Positions 23,401 to 36,597 of a stretch of 64,000 nt of DNA are shown here, piece by piece (positions within the stretch are counted from its first letter, which is position 1; every line of letters starts with the position of its first letter). The stretch comes from Podarcis erhardii (taxonomy: Eukaryota), in assembly GCA_964252035.1 (NCBI GenBank), contig OZ176214.1; one strand, 5' to 3'. Under the pieces are notes generated by a model that had not been told where the DNA came from, did not search any database, and saw only the letters and a list, made by a program, of their open reading frames with translations. The position numbers and the translations under genes were made by a program.

Positions 23401-26400
23401 AAAGAAGGTGGAGCAATTAAGGTTGTTTGTTTGTTTACTTTTGTACAGGAGGCTAGTTTCTCTATCCTTCATCCAGACAAGCAAGAGTTATTGTTAGTGT
23501 TAAAGGACAGGCAAGAAAGCTCAATAAGGATGTGAAGCAGGGAAGGTGAGCTGGATGGTCTGGGGTAAGTCTTAAGGTCCAAATATAAGAGGCTTGGAGG
23601 CCACATCTGGTTCCTGAGCCAGAGGCTTCACCATCGTTGTTCTACAGCTTCTAAGAGGACAAGCCAACTCATCACGGGCTTATGTTGTATAACTATGAAA
23701 CTGAAGGTAGGGTAGGAAGAGAACTTACCATAAAATCCATACACTTGAGTTATCTGTCTGCTCTCATGATTCCCACGTAAAAGTGTGATGCGATCAGGCC
23801 ATTTTGCTTTTAGGGCAAGAAGATAGGTAAACGTCTCAAGGCTATAATAGCCTCTGTCTACAAAGTCACCCTGAAAAGTTAAACAATGTTTTACTATACT
23901 GCATGACATGAGACACTCAGGCTGCAATGTTACATGCACTTGAACTCTGAGGCACTTGTATAAGACTAAATATGCATAGGACTGGGCTGCTAGCCTCTGC
24001 TTCCAGAAGTATACGTATGCTTGCTTGCTTGCTTGCTTATTTATTTATAAGACTGTTTATCCACACTTTGCCTTTAAGGTCCCAGGGCACAACACATAAT
24101 TATACAATTAAAGAAAAAAGAAAAGGAGGGATAGTAAAACAGCTTACATAATATTATAAAAACAAGCAGTCCCCTTCAGAGGAGTCAGTAGACTAGGCAC
24201 TTTTTTTTAACTGGGGCAGCCCCCAAATTGTGGAATTTCCTCCCCAATAGGGCTGGGCAATATCTGGTTTTCAGCACTGTGATGTATCAGTAGCTAAATA
24301 CTGCAATATAATAATATAGCACAATGTCTGAAATGTATCTTGGCTGCTTCTTCCCACCTTAGGCAAGGAAGAAGCAGCTGAGATACCTTGCCCAGCCCTA
24401 CAGATGAGCAAGCCCCCATACCACTTCAGCTCATGTGGGGCGTAGGGGCTTCCTCAAAGGCACACGCAGGCAGGCAGAACAAGGGGGGAAACACATTCAA
24501 GCACACACAGAGAGAGAGAAAGGGAAAGCAGACACACACGGGTGGGGTGTGGAGAAAGAAAAATACAGTGGTACCTCAGGTTAAGTACTTAATTCGTTCC
24601 GGAGGTCCGTACTTAACCTGAAACTGTTCTTAACCTGAAGCACCACTTTAGCTAATGGGGCCTCCTGCTGCTGCCGCGCCGCAGGAGCACAATTTCTGTT
24701 CTCATCCTGAAGCAAAGTTCTTAACCTGAAGCACTATTTCTGAGTTAGCAGAGTCTGTAACCTGAAGTGTATGTAACCTGAAGCGTATGTAACCCGAGGT
24801 ACCACTGTAGCAGGAAACTTGGGAAAGAAGAGGCTTAAGTGGTGCAAGGTTTATTTATTTATTTTCTAAACTCGGAATAACCCCATGGCAGAATGCCGAT
24901 CCCAGCACCTACCAGCCTGCCTAGAAGCGAAATTTATGGCGGTGGCGCCAGAGCAAAGTTCCCAGTCTATGGCTGCTCTGTGGTTTGCTGCCCCCTGCAG
25001 GAGGCAGGGGAGAGCTGACCCGTCGGAACAACAGACAAAAGCATTCTGGCTTGGCTTCATAAGGTTTATCATCAGGGCAAATATTTTGAACCAATTGTTA
25101 TTAAACTGGTTTTCAACTATCTATCACAAAATTGCCCAGGCCTATTCCCCAGAGAGATGCATTTGGCTTCTTCACCATACAGTTTTCAGAGACTGATGAA
25201 CACTTCTTTACCTTGGTGTTGGACAACTGAAATGTGCATTTTTGGGACTTGATCTATTTCTGTGACCCCAACCTGTTTTAACTGTTTTTAATTCTGAATT
25301 TTAACTTGTTGTCCTGGGACCTGCTGGTGAGGGGTGGGCAATGAATTTAAATAATGAATGATAACAGGGGATGACAATGATTGAATCTAGGACAGTAGTT
25401 CTCAAAGGGTGTAGTCTACCTTTAGGTAGACTAAAGGACAATCAAAGAAACACCTAAACATTTCAGTGTTGTGCAGCATAGTATAGTATGAAAATATTTT
25501 ATTTTAGTTGCAGGATATGGAAAGATATCTTTTCAAATCAAGAGCATCAAGTAATACTGAGGACAATACTAACTGAGATCCATAATTGTGCTGGAAAATA
25601 GTGCTGGAGAATAGTATTGACTATTCTTTTACAGTTCTCCTTGACATATTGTTGGGAACAGGGATTTTCAACTCTGACAAATACGAAAGATCATAAAAGA
25701 GAAAGGATTCTCTGTGCTGTTAAGAAGAAGAAGAGGAGTTTGGATTTGATATCTCACGTTATTACTACCCGAAGTGGAGTCTCAAAGAGGCTAACATTGT
25801 CCTTTCCCTTCCTCCTCCACAACAAACACGCTGTGAGACTGAGAGACTCCAAAGAAGTGAGACTAGCCCAAGGTCACCCAGAAACCGCATGTGGAGGAGA
25901 GGAGACGAACACCTGATTACGAGTCTATTGCTCTTAACCACTATACCACACTACTGATAAAATGAGCGTGCCTCAAATTAGGCCTAATATAAATAAGATT
26001 ACCCAGCAAAAGAAAGCTCATACCAATGACTTTGTATACATACTTAAGGTACTATGAGGCTCGTTTATAATTATATTTTGGGAATGATTCATGTTCTTAT
26101 GTAGCTGTGTTGTTTTATACTTTCTGGATATCCTGTGATCATATTATAAAGTAGTTGTGTTCTATGTTATAAACCCGGCACTGCTAGGAGTTATTTCTTT
26201 TTGTTTTCCAATATATTTCTTATCAATAAAAAAGATCTGTGTGGCATGAGCAAATTTTAATTCTGATGTAGGACCTTTGATGTATTAAGCATGTGCTCTA
26301 ACACTGAGCTATGGCCCCTCACAAGTTCTAGGAGCATGACGGTTAAAAAAAACTGTACTTGCAGAAAACCACAACGTCTGCCCTTCTACTATGGCTCATA

Positions 26401-29400
26401 TAAAATACATTTCAAATGTTCTGTTCAGATTCAGAACCTCTCCTATCTCAAATAACTGATTCATGCAAAGTAGGAATTCCCACAATAATGAAAGTTGCAT
26501 CAATAATAATAAGATACCCCCTCACAAAGAAACAAATCTCTTCCTCATTGGCCTGAAAAGAATTTGAACCATTTTCTACTTCTACCAGTTTTGCACAGTG
26601 CTGAGCAAAGGTTTGAAATTTCAGAAACATGAGCAATCAAGCACTTCAGTCCAAGCCTTCATTAATTAGATTATATTTTCTGAGATGGTAAAGAGAGAAA
26701 AAAGCAGAGGCAAGACACAGCAAGCAAGGAAACAGGACCCAAATTAAAACATACACAGAGCCCCCTGCTTTACCAAGTCATGGATGTACTACATTAAAAA
26801 ACCTGCTAGTTATTTTTAGAATTTAATTTGTACATACCATAAATATATAGTTTGTGTCAGGAACCTGACCTCCAGTTCTGAACAATTCACATAAATCATA
26901 AAACTGGAACACAAAAACAAAAGGCTTGTATCATTAACATTCTGTGATAAACCAAGAGGATAACAAATTCAACAAAGAATGGCATAACTTTATAGAATAC
27001 AGTATTTTAAAGAACAATGGAAAAATTGTAAAAACTCTAGCAGGATTGATATAGCACTTGTAATTTAAAATGACAAAGGATAAAAATGAAGTACAGTATA
27101 ATAATTTGGATAAATGTAATTAGATGCAGTTTAAAAAGGAAGATAAATTTTGGAAGCCAAGAGAGGGGTGGGGGGAAATCAGGGGGTTCAGGGAACCCCA
27201 TAAAGGTACTGATATGGACTATGGTTTAATGTAAACAAGTGTGTGTGTAAAAATGTTGTTTTTTTGAAACTCTGAAAATATTTTTTTTTAAAAAAAATTC
27301 TGTGTTAAACCCAAATGACTTAAAACGGACCAAAAGTTATGAACTTTCGGTTTTTTAAAAAACAGGTGGCTCTGAAAGGCATCTGAAGAAAAGGCACAGG
27401 CTGGACAGACATAGGTGTGTTAGGGGATGTTCAAGTGTTAGAATCCCACATTCAAACAGCTAAAATGCTACTACTAGCTTGATCCTGGAGTTTACCTAAA
27501 CTGTTTGATGCTGAATCAGTGCAAGGCAGACAACATGTGAACTAATCCTGATAAATATTCTGTGTTCAATTATGGGCCTCGGTACTCCTTTCAAAAACGA
27601 ATGTTAATATTTGTTTTATGGTTTCAATGGTGCATTGGGAGGAAATAAGTATTCCACGCATCACTAAGTGATGCTCTCTCTACCACGCCCAACCTCTTGA
27701 CCAACATTTAGTTCTTGCAAAGTACACCTAGACTATCACTTCTAAAGCACTGCAAATGCACCACCCACAACGAAATACTGCCATAACTTTGTAACATGGC
27801 ATCACTGCAAGAACTCTGTTTCTCTATTTTTTTAATCTTGCAATGCAAATCATAAGCAGCACCACTGGTTTTACTGCAAGAGTGCTGATCTAAAGGAAGC
27901 CTTTCATTTAATCCTGCAAGCTTCCTCTGGGCACAATATCTATAACCTTTGAACAGAATTACTTCTGTATTAGAGGCTTCAAGGAAAATACTTCTGTTAA
28001 TGTTAAGAAGTTCAATTAACTGCAGTCTAAAGGCCAAGAACCAAAACCAATGAAACTATGTAGCCTGGTTATTCAGAAAATGATTCAAGGAGTCGACTCA
28101 GGTGGAATCTACACACATATAAAAAAATGCTGTGGAAATGCTTTTTAAAAAAAGGTTTTGAAAAATATATTGGATTTGCCATAGCTCACCCATTGCCATC
28201 TACTGTCTTTACAACACACTTAAAATATTTCATTTGCAGCTATGCAGCTGAGTCCCCATTCTGCAAAGCTGGCTTACTTGTTTGGAGGGAGAAAGAAATG
28301 AATAGATCATGCTTACTTCCAGAAAATTAACACACTTTGCTCTTGAGTACACTCAACCAATTGTCACTTCTGAATTTTGTGGAATGTATAGTATTATCAT
28401 TATGAACAAATGACAACAAAAACATTTTCTTTCAAGGTATAAAAAAGGGAGAGATGTTATGTTGCATTGCTGTTTCCATGTCCCCCTAGTGAATACTTGC
28501 ACATTCTTTTACAATGCAAAAGATTGTTTGCAAGTGTCAGTCCTTTATTATTGCAGGGTATAGCATCAAAGGAACAATCCATATAAAACTCCACCTGTCC
28601 ATGTATGTCACCGCAGACTGTAACTGGTGTAGACACTGGCTGCACATTAGATTCTTCTAGAAGAAGGTCACAGACGTAGTCACACAAGCGCTACAAAGAG
28701 AGAGTGCATTTTGGTCATTAATACAATATTTCTCTGCATTATGGTCATCACAATGGCACATAGCCAGCTAATGAGGTTATGAACATGTCAAACCAGACAT
28801 GTGAAACTTGTGAAAGGGTCAGCTTTGTAAACATGTACATTGAAGTTACTAACCCACAGGAACTTTAAGCAGCTGTCTATAGACAACTGTGTTGTTGTTG
28901 TCGTTTAGTCATGTCCGACTCTTCATGACCCCATGGACCAGTGCACACCAGGCACTCCTGTCTTCCACTGCCTCCCTCAGTTTGGTCAAACTCATGTTAG
29001 TAGCTTGGAGAACACTGTCCAACCATCTAGACAACTGTAGTTTGTAAATAAAAATCCTCTACAAAACTGTCCTTCCAGTTTACCTGGTGGAAACTCTTAC
29101 TTCCTCTAGGAAATTAGGTCACACATCTCAGCAGTTAATCCAACTGTGATTTTATTTCCTGTTAATTAAAGGCTTCTGTTCTGTGTAAGAGCCAGTTATC
29201 CCAGATTTTATCTACTTTTCTCAGAACTCTCAAATTTCAATAGGTGGCAAAAGGAAGATAACAGTAGATCAAACATAAATTGACCTCTCAAAAACAATGG
29301 CTTCACAATGAGGGTTCATAATGTGCGCAGGTCATGATTCGCCGCTTCTGCGCATGACGTCATTTTGCGCATCTGCGCACGTGGCAAAACCCAGAAGTAA

Positions 29401-32400
29401 CCCTTTCCAGTACTTCCAGGTTGCCACGGGACACAACCTGAAAATGTTCAACCTGAAACAAACGTAACATGAGGTATGACTGTATGTTAGCATAGCTTTT
29501 TTGCTACCGTAAAGTGGATAAGAGAAGGTATCACGAAAGGAAGAAAAAATACACCCTACTCAAAGTACCCAACACAAAGGAATCTTGCAAAGACTTAAAA
29601 CACACAAATACACAAAACCTAATCCCAAGCAGCAAACATACAACACAATATTAACTACAAGCCCATTTCCTGGAGTTGGCTGCCAGGCAACCTGCCACCA
29701 AACTCCCACTCAAAGAAAAAGGAACCCACACATCCCTATCAGTCACTGCCTTGATACTCTGAAGATGAGGAGGGGGACAGTTTGCAGCTTCTCAGCTAAT
29801 CCCAACAGAGGAAATTTTTTTGAAGAGGTAATGTTGACTGGTGACACTTTTTACACAGAGAAAATAAAAGCTTCAACTGCTGCAAAATCCTTTTATCAAT
29901 TGATGAAATAAGCAAGAGCCCCTTACTGCTCTCCACTAAGCTTTGGGTCTTTCTAAAGTCACATACATCTGAATAAACCTCACTGAGCAAAGAGATATAG
30001 GACTCTACCACAAAATATTGATTAGATTGAAGAGTTGGAATAGGGGTCAGCAAACATTTTGAGCAGGGGGCTGGTCCACTGTCCCTCAGACTGTGGGAGA
30101 GAGCGGACAATATTTTTTTGGGGGGGGGGGGATAAACAAATTTCTATGCCCCACAAATAACCCAGAGATGCATTTTAAATAAAAGCACACATTCTACTCA
30201 TGTAAAAACATGCTGATTCCCAGACCGTCTGTGGGGTGGATTGAAAAGGTGATTGGGTTGGATCTGGCCCACGGGCCTTAGGTTGCCTACCCATGAGTTG
30301 GAAGGTACCCCCAAGGGTCACCTAGTTCAACCCCCTACAATGGAAGAACATGCAGGTGACCCATATGGGGATCGAACCCACAACTTTGGCATTATCAGCA
30401 CCTCAATCTAGACCACAGAACTAACTGCCATATAGCATAGTTTGATAGCTAGAGGTAGCTAGAGCTGGGGATGGGGAATGTATAGCCTTCTAGAGGTTCC
30501 TGGATGCCACCCTGCCATCCAGTGCCCTGAACTGATGGGAGCTATAGTCCGGTATCGTCTGGAGGGCCAAAAATAACCCACGCTTTAGCCAACAGCTGAG
30601 GAGAACTGGGTTTAAGTTCCCACTTGGCTCCTGTGCTCATGTCCAACTCTGAGCCCATTGTCAAATTGCTGCCTAGCCTACCTCACAGGGCCATTGCGGG
30701 AATGGAGGTGGAACTCTAAACTTGAAGGTAACATAGATAAATGCACTTGAGACAATTTGATGACAATAGCAGGAATATTAGAAAAGTCAACACAACAACA
30801 AAGGTATACATAAAGAAAAAAATATTCTACCCATTAAAAGGCTCAACACCCCCACCCCCACTCAAATTCAACCTACTAGTTTAAAGTTCCCAATTAAGGG
30901 TCCGGAAACAAGTCCAAGGGACTCGCTTATCTTGCTAATTGCACAGTGAAAGCCTTTCACAGATCAACCAGGCTCTGCTCTCCTTGCTGGCAGGGAAAAA
31001 CTTGTTGCTAGATGGCAAGTAAACTGGGACTGGGCAAAAATGTTTGACACAGTTTCTTAGGGCTCCTGCGATTGCAGGGGGTGGAGAGGGAGAGAGAGTG
31101 CAAACCAAGGGGTAGGTTCACATGCTTATCATTTTTTAAAAAATGTAAAGGATCCGTTCCCTTTTTAACTGAAAATAACTTATAATTGCTTTCAACTACC
31201 ATTAAGTTTAGAGGACTCTAACACTACTTGTAGGTAGGATTTCAGTGAATCTTGCCTTCTGAGTTTGGGATTCATGTCTCATCTTGGAAGTGCAACAGGG
31301 GAAATAGTTAAGCAGACTGTCACTATGATTAGTCGTATATACTAAACAGCCCAGGAGGAGATTCTATAAATAAATACAATATAATAGCAGCCTTCTACAA
31401 TGCAGTCTACATAGAGTTTTACTTCAAATAGCTTGAAGTATCCTGGTCTTTAGAACACATACTGGAGATCTTGTTATAAATTTGGGGGACACCCCCCTCA
31501 AAACCTAGAAATTAATAAATTGTAGAATTTTGATTACCTGAAGGGAAAATTGGAGGCCAGTGGAAAAGTACAAGCTAAGCTTCCTTCCAAACCAAGGCCT
31601 CACCTGAGACAGAGGGATTTACAAGACAAAAGGTGGCCCATCTAGGAGGTATTTTGGACCTGGGCAGACAGAAGGTTCCCAGGGTAACTGGGCATGAGGT
31701 GACAGGAACAGGTGTTCTGGGAAGAAAGAGCCATCTTGGGAAGACTGGCTCAGCAGAGAGTGGGTGGCACCCAGCTTTTGTAACAATATGTTTTGTGTAG
31801 TTTTTTACAGAAAAACAACCAGTAAAAAACAAATTCATGATAAAAGATGGGATCTTTGAAAAGACCAAGGAATACTACAGAGCAGGAAACAAAAGACTCT
31901 CAGGTGGTGCCACCCATTAGTACTGTTAATTCTGTGGATACTTCCTAGTATGCTTAGTGTCAGCGCGTCTACTCAATCTCATATCTCAATCACAGGAAAA
32001 AACAAAAATCTGTAAATACAATGATGATGACCTTCTGGCTAATGAATCTATGACGCCTGCTACTCTTCAATGCCATTTGGAGACAAAACACAACCACTAC
32101 AAAAAACAAACTAATAGATTTTTTTCAAGATCAAACTTGCAGTTGAAGAAGGGGCAAAAAGCCATAGGAAAAACTCTGGTGTGACCACTCAGGAGAATCA
32201 ACCTTAGCTTCTTGATATGACAAGAATCATTGCCAAAGCAGGAAAGGCTCATACTATAGGGCCAGCTATATGCAAATGAGTACTTGGTGAGTCTGCAGCT
32301 AAGGAAATCAACACAGTACAGTGGTATCTCACTTTACAAACTTAATCCGTTCCGGAAGTCCGTTCTTAAACCAAAACCGTTCTTAAACAGAGGCGCGCTT

Positions 32401-34234
32401 TCCCTAATGAGGCCTCCCGCCGCCGGTGCCCTTTCTCCATTCAGATTCCATTCTTAGACCGAGGTAAAGTTTGCAAACCGGGACACTACTTCCGGTTTTG
32501 CGGAGTTTTGTAAACCGAATTGTTCGTAAACAAGACTGTTCTTAAACCAAGGTACCACTGTACCTCTTTTGAACAACACTGTGAAATGAAGCATATATGA
32601 TATGTCTGATTATATAAAACAGACTCTCATTTGAAGGGTCCAGACTTACAGCAATTCTTTGAATTACGTGATGCAGTATGACTTTTTCTGACGGACTCAA
32701 AATTTCCATGTGATCAGTTTAACAACTTTACGCAGTTGTGTATGGTAGACTACTTAGCAGACGGTTTCACGTAAACACTCTCAACACAAGCTTCCAAGGT
32801 AGTGATGTGAATATTTTTTACGTTGAAGATAAGATTGAGGCAATGATTTAGAGATTATGGTTATGGGCAAGCTGAGAAGATGGTAGCCTCACTAATATTC
32901 CAACACTGGAGACATTTCTGGAGGCTACCGACGAAAAATTGATACCAGAAGTAAATATTACACCACTGAGCACCTGCATGATTTAGTGACTAGCTTCAGA
33001 GATTACTTCTCTGTATCAAATCCTGAAAACTCATGGCTATAGAATCCTTTTGAATGTGATGTACACCTACTTCTTCTTCGCCAAATCTTTATTAGGCATT
33101 ACAAGTATAGGTAAAGGGACCCCTGGCCAACTCTGGGGTTGCAGCGCTCATCTGGCCGAGGGAGCCAGCATACAGCTTCCAGATCATGTGGCCAGCATGA
33201 CTAAGCTGCTTCTGGCGAACCAGAGCAGTGCACAGAAACGCCATTTACCTTCCTGCTGGAGCGGTACATATATATCTACTTGCACTTTGACGTGCTTTCG
33301 AACTGCTAGGTTGGCAGGAGTAGGGACTGAGCAACGGGAGCTCACCCCGTAGTGGGGATTTGAACCACCGACCTTCTGATCGGCAAGTCCTAGGCTGTAT
33401 CAGCAGAAGAGCAAGATGCACTTGTTGACGTGACTAGTGATGATTCATTACAATCATTTTTCAAAGAATGTAGACTGGACCAATTCTGGGTGAAGGTTTT
33501 TGCTAATTATAAGTAGTTAGTTGAAAAAGCTTTGAAATATCTAGAAATTGGCTTGATGTTGAACCAGATTTGAGAATAAAAGTAGGCAATATTGAACTGA
33601 ACGTGGCAGGAAATTGGGGGGGGGGGGCAAAAGAGACATGATTTCTCCTATCACATTTAGGTTTAGTGTTTTGTTGGGAGCTGCCCCAAGTGGCTGGGGC
33701 AACCAAGCCAGATGCGCAGCAAGGAAGCAAGCAAGAAACAAATAAATAAAATTAAGGTTTAGTAGCTGCTAGACATGTCATAATTTGTTTACTTGTACTA
33801 TACATTAATAAAATTAAATTTGTCTCCTCCCCCCCACAACTAAGTCTTTGCCATTTTTTGTTGTAATATTACAAATTTTACGGTTATTTTTAAGTATACC
33901 TAAAATGATTTGCTTATTAGGGATTCGAAAGTAGGGGGTCCGTGGCTTGGCTTTTAAAAAATAGGGGTGCCCGGTAATTATCTAATTGTGGGACCACTGA
34001 TTAAAGCGTTTCAGCGGGTGCCCGTGTTGCCGCTACGCGCTGGGGCGGCTTCCGTGAAAGCGGAAGCTCAAGGAGAGCCCTACGTGGAAAGAGAGGGGAG
34101 AAGGGGTCCCCACTCGCCCCCTGCCCCTCCTAAGACCCAACCTCCCCTCCTCCTCTTACCTTGAGGTCGTTCTCGGGCAGGTACTTGCAAAGCCGCGCAA
34201 TCTCAACATACTTGTCCAAGTCCAAAGGCGCCAT
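20455..34234 (-). CDS. PPP6C: Serine/threonine-protein phosphatase 6 catalytic subunit; complement(join(20455..20703,22010..22219,22358..22437,23729..23870,26838..26903,28595..28690,34160..34234)), 305 aa
   Basis: [25 protein letters not shown] start, PPP motifs [24 protein letters not shown], and C-terminus TTTPYFL*. Exon lengths 75+96+66+142+80+210+249 = 918 nt; all introns GT-AG. Confidence 0.98.
21286..21639 (-). mobile_element. Sauria SINE nested in an older tRNA-derived SINE
   Basis: (ACCTTT)-like tail; Sauria body; 10-bp TSD atagggctgt (21276-21285, 21640-21649). Host SINE spans ~21160-21735. Confidence 0.88.
24566..24807. mobile_element. Tc1/mariner-type MITE (cagtggtacct family)
   Basis: TA|cagtggtacctc...gaggtaccactg|TA. 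Confidence 0.88.
28891..29027 (-). mobile_element. BovB-like (RTE) 3' fragment
   Basis: Reverse complement reads ...ccatggggtcatgaagagtcggacatgactaaacgac(aac)n; 11-bp TSD tagacaactgt (28880-28890, 29028-29038). Confidence 0.8.
29310..29482. mobile_element. Partial MITE (cagtcatacct family)
   Basis: cccagaagtaac core and gaggtatgactg|TA end; left boundary approximate. Confidence 0.6.
30041..30295 (+). mobile_element. Non-autonomous hAT element
   Basis: 8-bp TSD agttggaa (30033-30040, 30296-30303); internal sequence matches 15603-15902 in reverse. Confidence 0.85.
32319..32560. mobile_element. Tc1/mariner-type MITE inserted into a hAT transposase fossil
   Basis: TA-flanked cagtggta...taccactg; interrupts the reading INTV|PLLNNTV. 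Confidence 0.85.
33109..33396 (-). mobile_element. Sauria SINE, truncated at the head
   Basis: High identity to the 21286 and 40582 copies. Confidence 0.85.
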
Positions 34235-34750
34235 TTTGGGAGGGCAGCTTTCTCGGGGGAGAAGGTGGGAGGTAGGAAAAGAGGGGGGAAAGAGAGAAAG
34301 AGAGAGAAGAGGAGGAGGAGGAGGAGGAGGAGGAGGGTGCGAGGTAAGAAGAGAGAGAGGACTGGAAGCGAGGACACGGCAATTCCTGATGGTGAAGCGG
34401 GAAACCCACTCCCTCGAATTTCCGGATGAAAAAAGGACGAATGTCCCTTAAAATAAATAAATAAATAAGTGAAAGCAAAAAGTAAGGAGGACGCAAGAAC
34501 GCCTCCTTCTCTCTTCCTCTCGCTCCCTCCCCTCCCACGGCGGGAGGGAAGCCAGACCGGAAACGAGGGGACCCACTTCCGCTGGAGGTTCGAAACTCGA
34601 CGTCGGGAGACTGATTTCCGATAAGATTGAAGACGACTACCGGCTTCTTCCTCCTACAGCGCTCTGAGGTGAATCCCAACCCCATTGCATTCTGGGATTC
34701 GCAGTCTGGCGCAAAACCTATAGCTCAACGCCACAGGGAGGTCGGGATGT
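33960..34750. promoter_or_regulatory. PPP6C: CpG island / PPP6C promoter, probably bidirectional
   Basis: CpG-rich; ETS-like ccggaa/cttccg sites (~34557-34580); ZNF143/SBS-like gcattctgggattcgcagt at 34687-34705; YY1-like CAAAATGGCG overlapping the ATG; (GGA)n tract at ~34310-34335 in the 5' UTR. Confidence 0.75.
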
Positions 34751-34837
34751 AAAGTGGGTGCCAGACGGTGCTCTTTTGCCTTTGTTTACCTCCCCCACCC
34801 AGCAATTCTTTGTTATATTTATAAAAAACCAGAATAA

Positions 34838-34927
34838 AAGGTAAAGGTAAAGGTACCCCTGCCCGTACGGGCCAGTCATGACCGACTCTGGGGTTGCGTG
34901 CTCATCTCGCTCTAGAGGCCAGGAGCC
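34838..34927 (-). mobile_element. Sauria SINE 3' fragment
   Basis: (aaaggt)n tail followed by gactctggggttgcg...ctcatctcgc. Confidence 0.75.
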
Positions 34928-35185
34928 AGAATACAAGAACACAATACAGGAGACACACGCAAATTCATCTAAAGGTTGATTCACATTTCATCAGTCCAAT
35001 TATATAAAAATGTGCCTAGTACATTAGTTAAATGAGATCTGCAGTATGTATGTGTTTGTGTGCATATATGAATATTGTACATAAAATGCAGTTTACACCA
35101 GGTAATAACCTCCACTGGGTTTCATGTGTGTTGTGAGCAGGTTCCAGTCATGTTTTCTCTGGGGTGTATATGGGCAGTTATCCCT

Positions 35186-35970
35186 TACAAGAGCCAACAT
35201 AGATGCCGAAATCCAGCATCACATGAGCTCTGCGAGTCCAGCTTTCTACCAATTGAAGTGCAGTGCTTGAGGACCAGGAAATTTGCAGGGAAACCAAAAT
35301 GCTTGTTTACAAAGCTACTGTACTACCAACCTTACTGTATGCTTGTGAAACATGGACCACTTAGAAACGCCATCTCCAAGTCCTTGAAAGATTCCATCAA
35401 CCCTGTGTCCGGGGATGAGATGAACTACACATCACTTGGGAAGACAGGTGAACTAATGCCAGTGTAGTGGAAGAAGCAAAGAGCACCAGTGCCGAAACAA
35501 TGGTTCTTCAGCATCAACTTCGTTGGACAGCTCATGTTGTTCTGATGCCTGATTATCGTCTTCCAAAGCAACTACTCTATTCTGAACTTTAAAATGGAAA
35601 GAGGAATGCTGGTGGTCAACAAAAAAGTTTTAAAGACTCTCTCAAGGCAAATCTTTAAAAATGTAGTATAGACACCAACAACTGGGAAACCTTAGCCTGC
35701 AAGTGCTGCAATTGGAGAACAGCCTTTACCAAAGGTGTCATGGGCTTTGAAGACACTCAGACTCAGGATAAAAGGGAGAAACGTGCTAAGAGGAAGGAAT
35801 GCTTGGCAAACCCTCACTGTGATCAACTCCCGCCCGGAAACCTATGTCCCCACTGTGGAAGGATGTGTGGATCCAGAATTGGCCTCCATAGTCACTTACG
35901 GACTCACTGTTAAAATCATGTTCATGGAAAACAATCTTACTCGGCTACGAGTGATCGCCAAAGAATAAGA
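35186..35970 (+). mobile_element. Degraded RTE-clade LINE 3' part between PPP6C and RABEPK
   Basis: Peptides IDAEIQHHMSSAS, VYKATVLPTLLYACETWT, QLRWTAHV, RLPKQLLYSEL, GGQQK. Boundaries approximate. Confidence 0.75.
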
Positions 35971-36352
35971 TATGAAATAAAACTGTTCTTGGCAACTGGT
36001 GTTCCTATTCTTCTAATCTTTTTTGTTACTTCTTTTTGTAAGTGCAGTGTTCCAGAACTGGCTATGCCACAGATTACCGTAATCATATCTGAGGATGGGC
36101 TAAACTAACTTATAGGTGCTGAGAGGAAAAAGTGAGGCTTTTCCTAGACTGCAGCAAAGAGGACTTAACTGGATGAAAGAAACAAATATTTTTAAACAAG
36201 GGATGGTGGCTGATGTGCCACAAATCATTTGTAACCCAATAGATCCTGAGAGCTGTCAACCAATTCTGTCAAGACCAGATAACTACAATGCACTCTATAT
36301 GGGGCTTCCCTCATGTTTCATCCAGAAACTGCAGTCATTAAAGTATCTTTTA

Positions 36353-36597
36353 CAGTGGTACCTCGGGTTACAGATGCTTCAGGTTACAGACGCTTCAGGT
36401 TACAGACTCCGCTAACCCAGAAATATTACCTCAGGTTAAGAACTTTGCTTCAGGATGAGAACAGAAATTGCAGGGGAGCAGCGCAGCAGCAGCAGCGGGA
36501 GGCCCCATTAGCTAAAGTGGTGCTTCAGGTTAAGATCAGTTTAAGGTTAAGAACGGACCTCCAGAACAAATTAAGTTCTTAACCCGAGGTACCACTG
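36353..36597. mobile_element. Tc1/mariner-type MITE (cagtggtacct family), opposite orientation
   Basis: TA|cagtggtacctcggg...cccgaggtaccactg|TA. Confidence 0.88.

Larger units (their letters stand above)
31930..33545 (+). mobile_element. Fossil hAT (Buster/Charlie, ZBED5/SCAND3-like) transposase in PPP6C intron 1
   Basis: Decayed peptides [52 protein letters not shown]...NPF, LDQFW; contains stops, frameshifts and a deletion; interrupted by a MITE and a Sauria SINE. Boundaries approximate. Confidence 0.8.

Noticed and set aside
26448-28037. Short minus-strand ORFs in PPP6C introns (62 aa, 109 aa)
   Set aside because: No recognisable motifs or convincing splice context; they may be old repeat debris, but I cannot support a call.
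34203-34685. 160-aa ORF overlapping the PPP6C start
   Set aside because: It is a different frame through a GC-rich promoter and (CCT)n tract; typical CpG-island noise.
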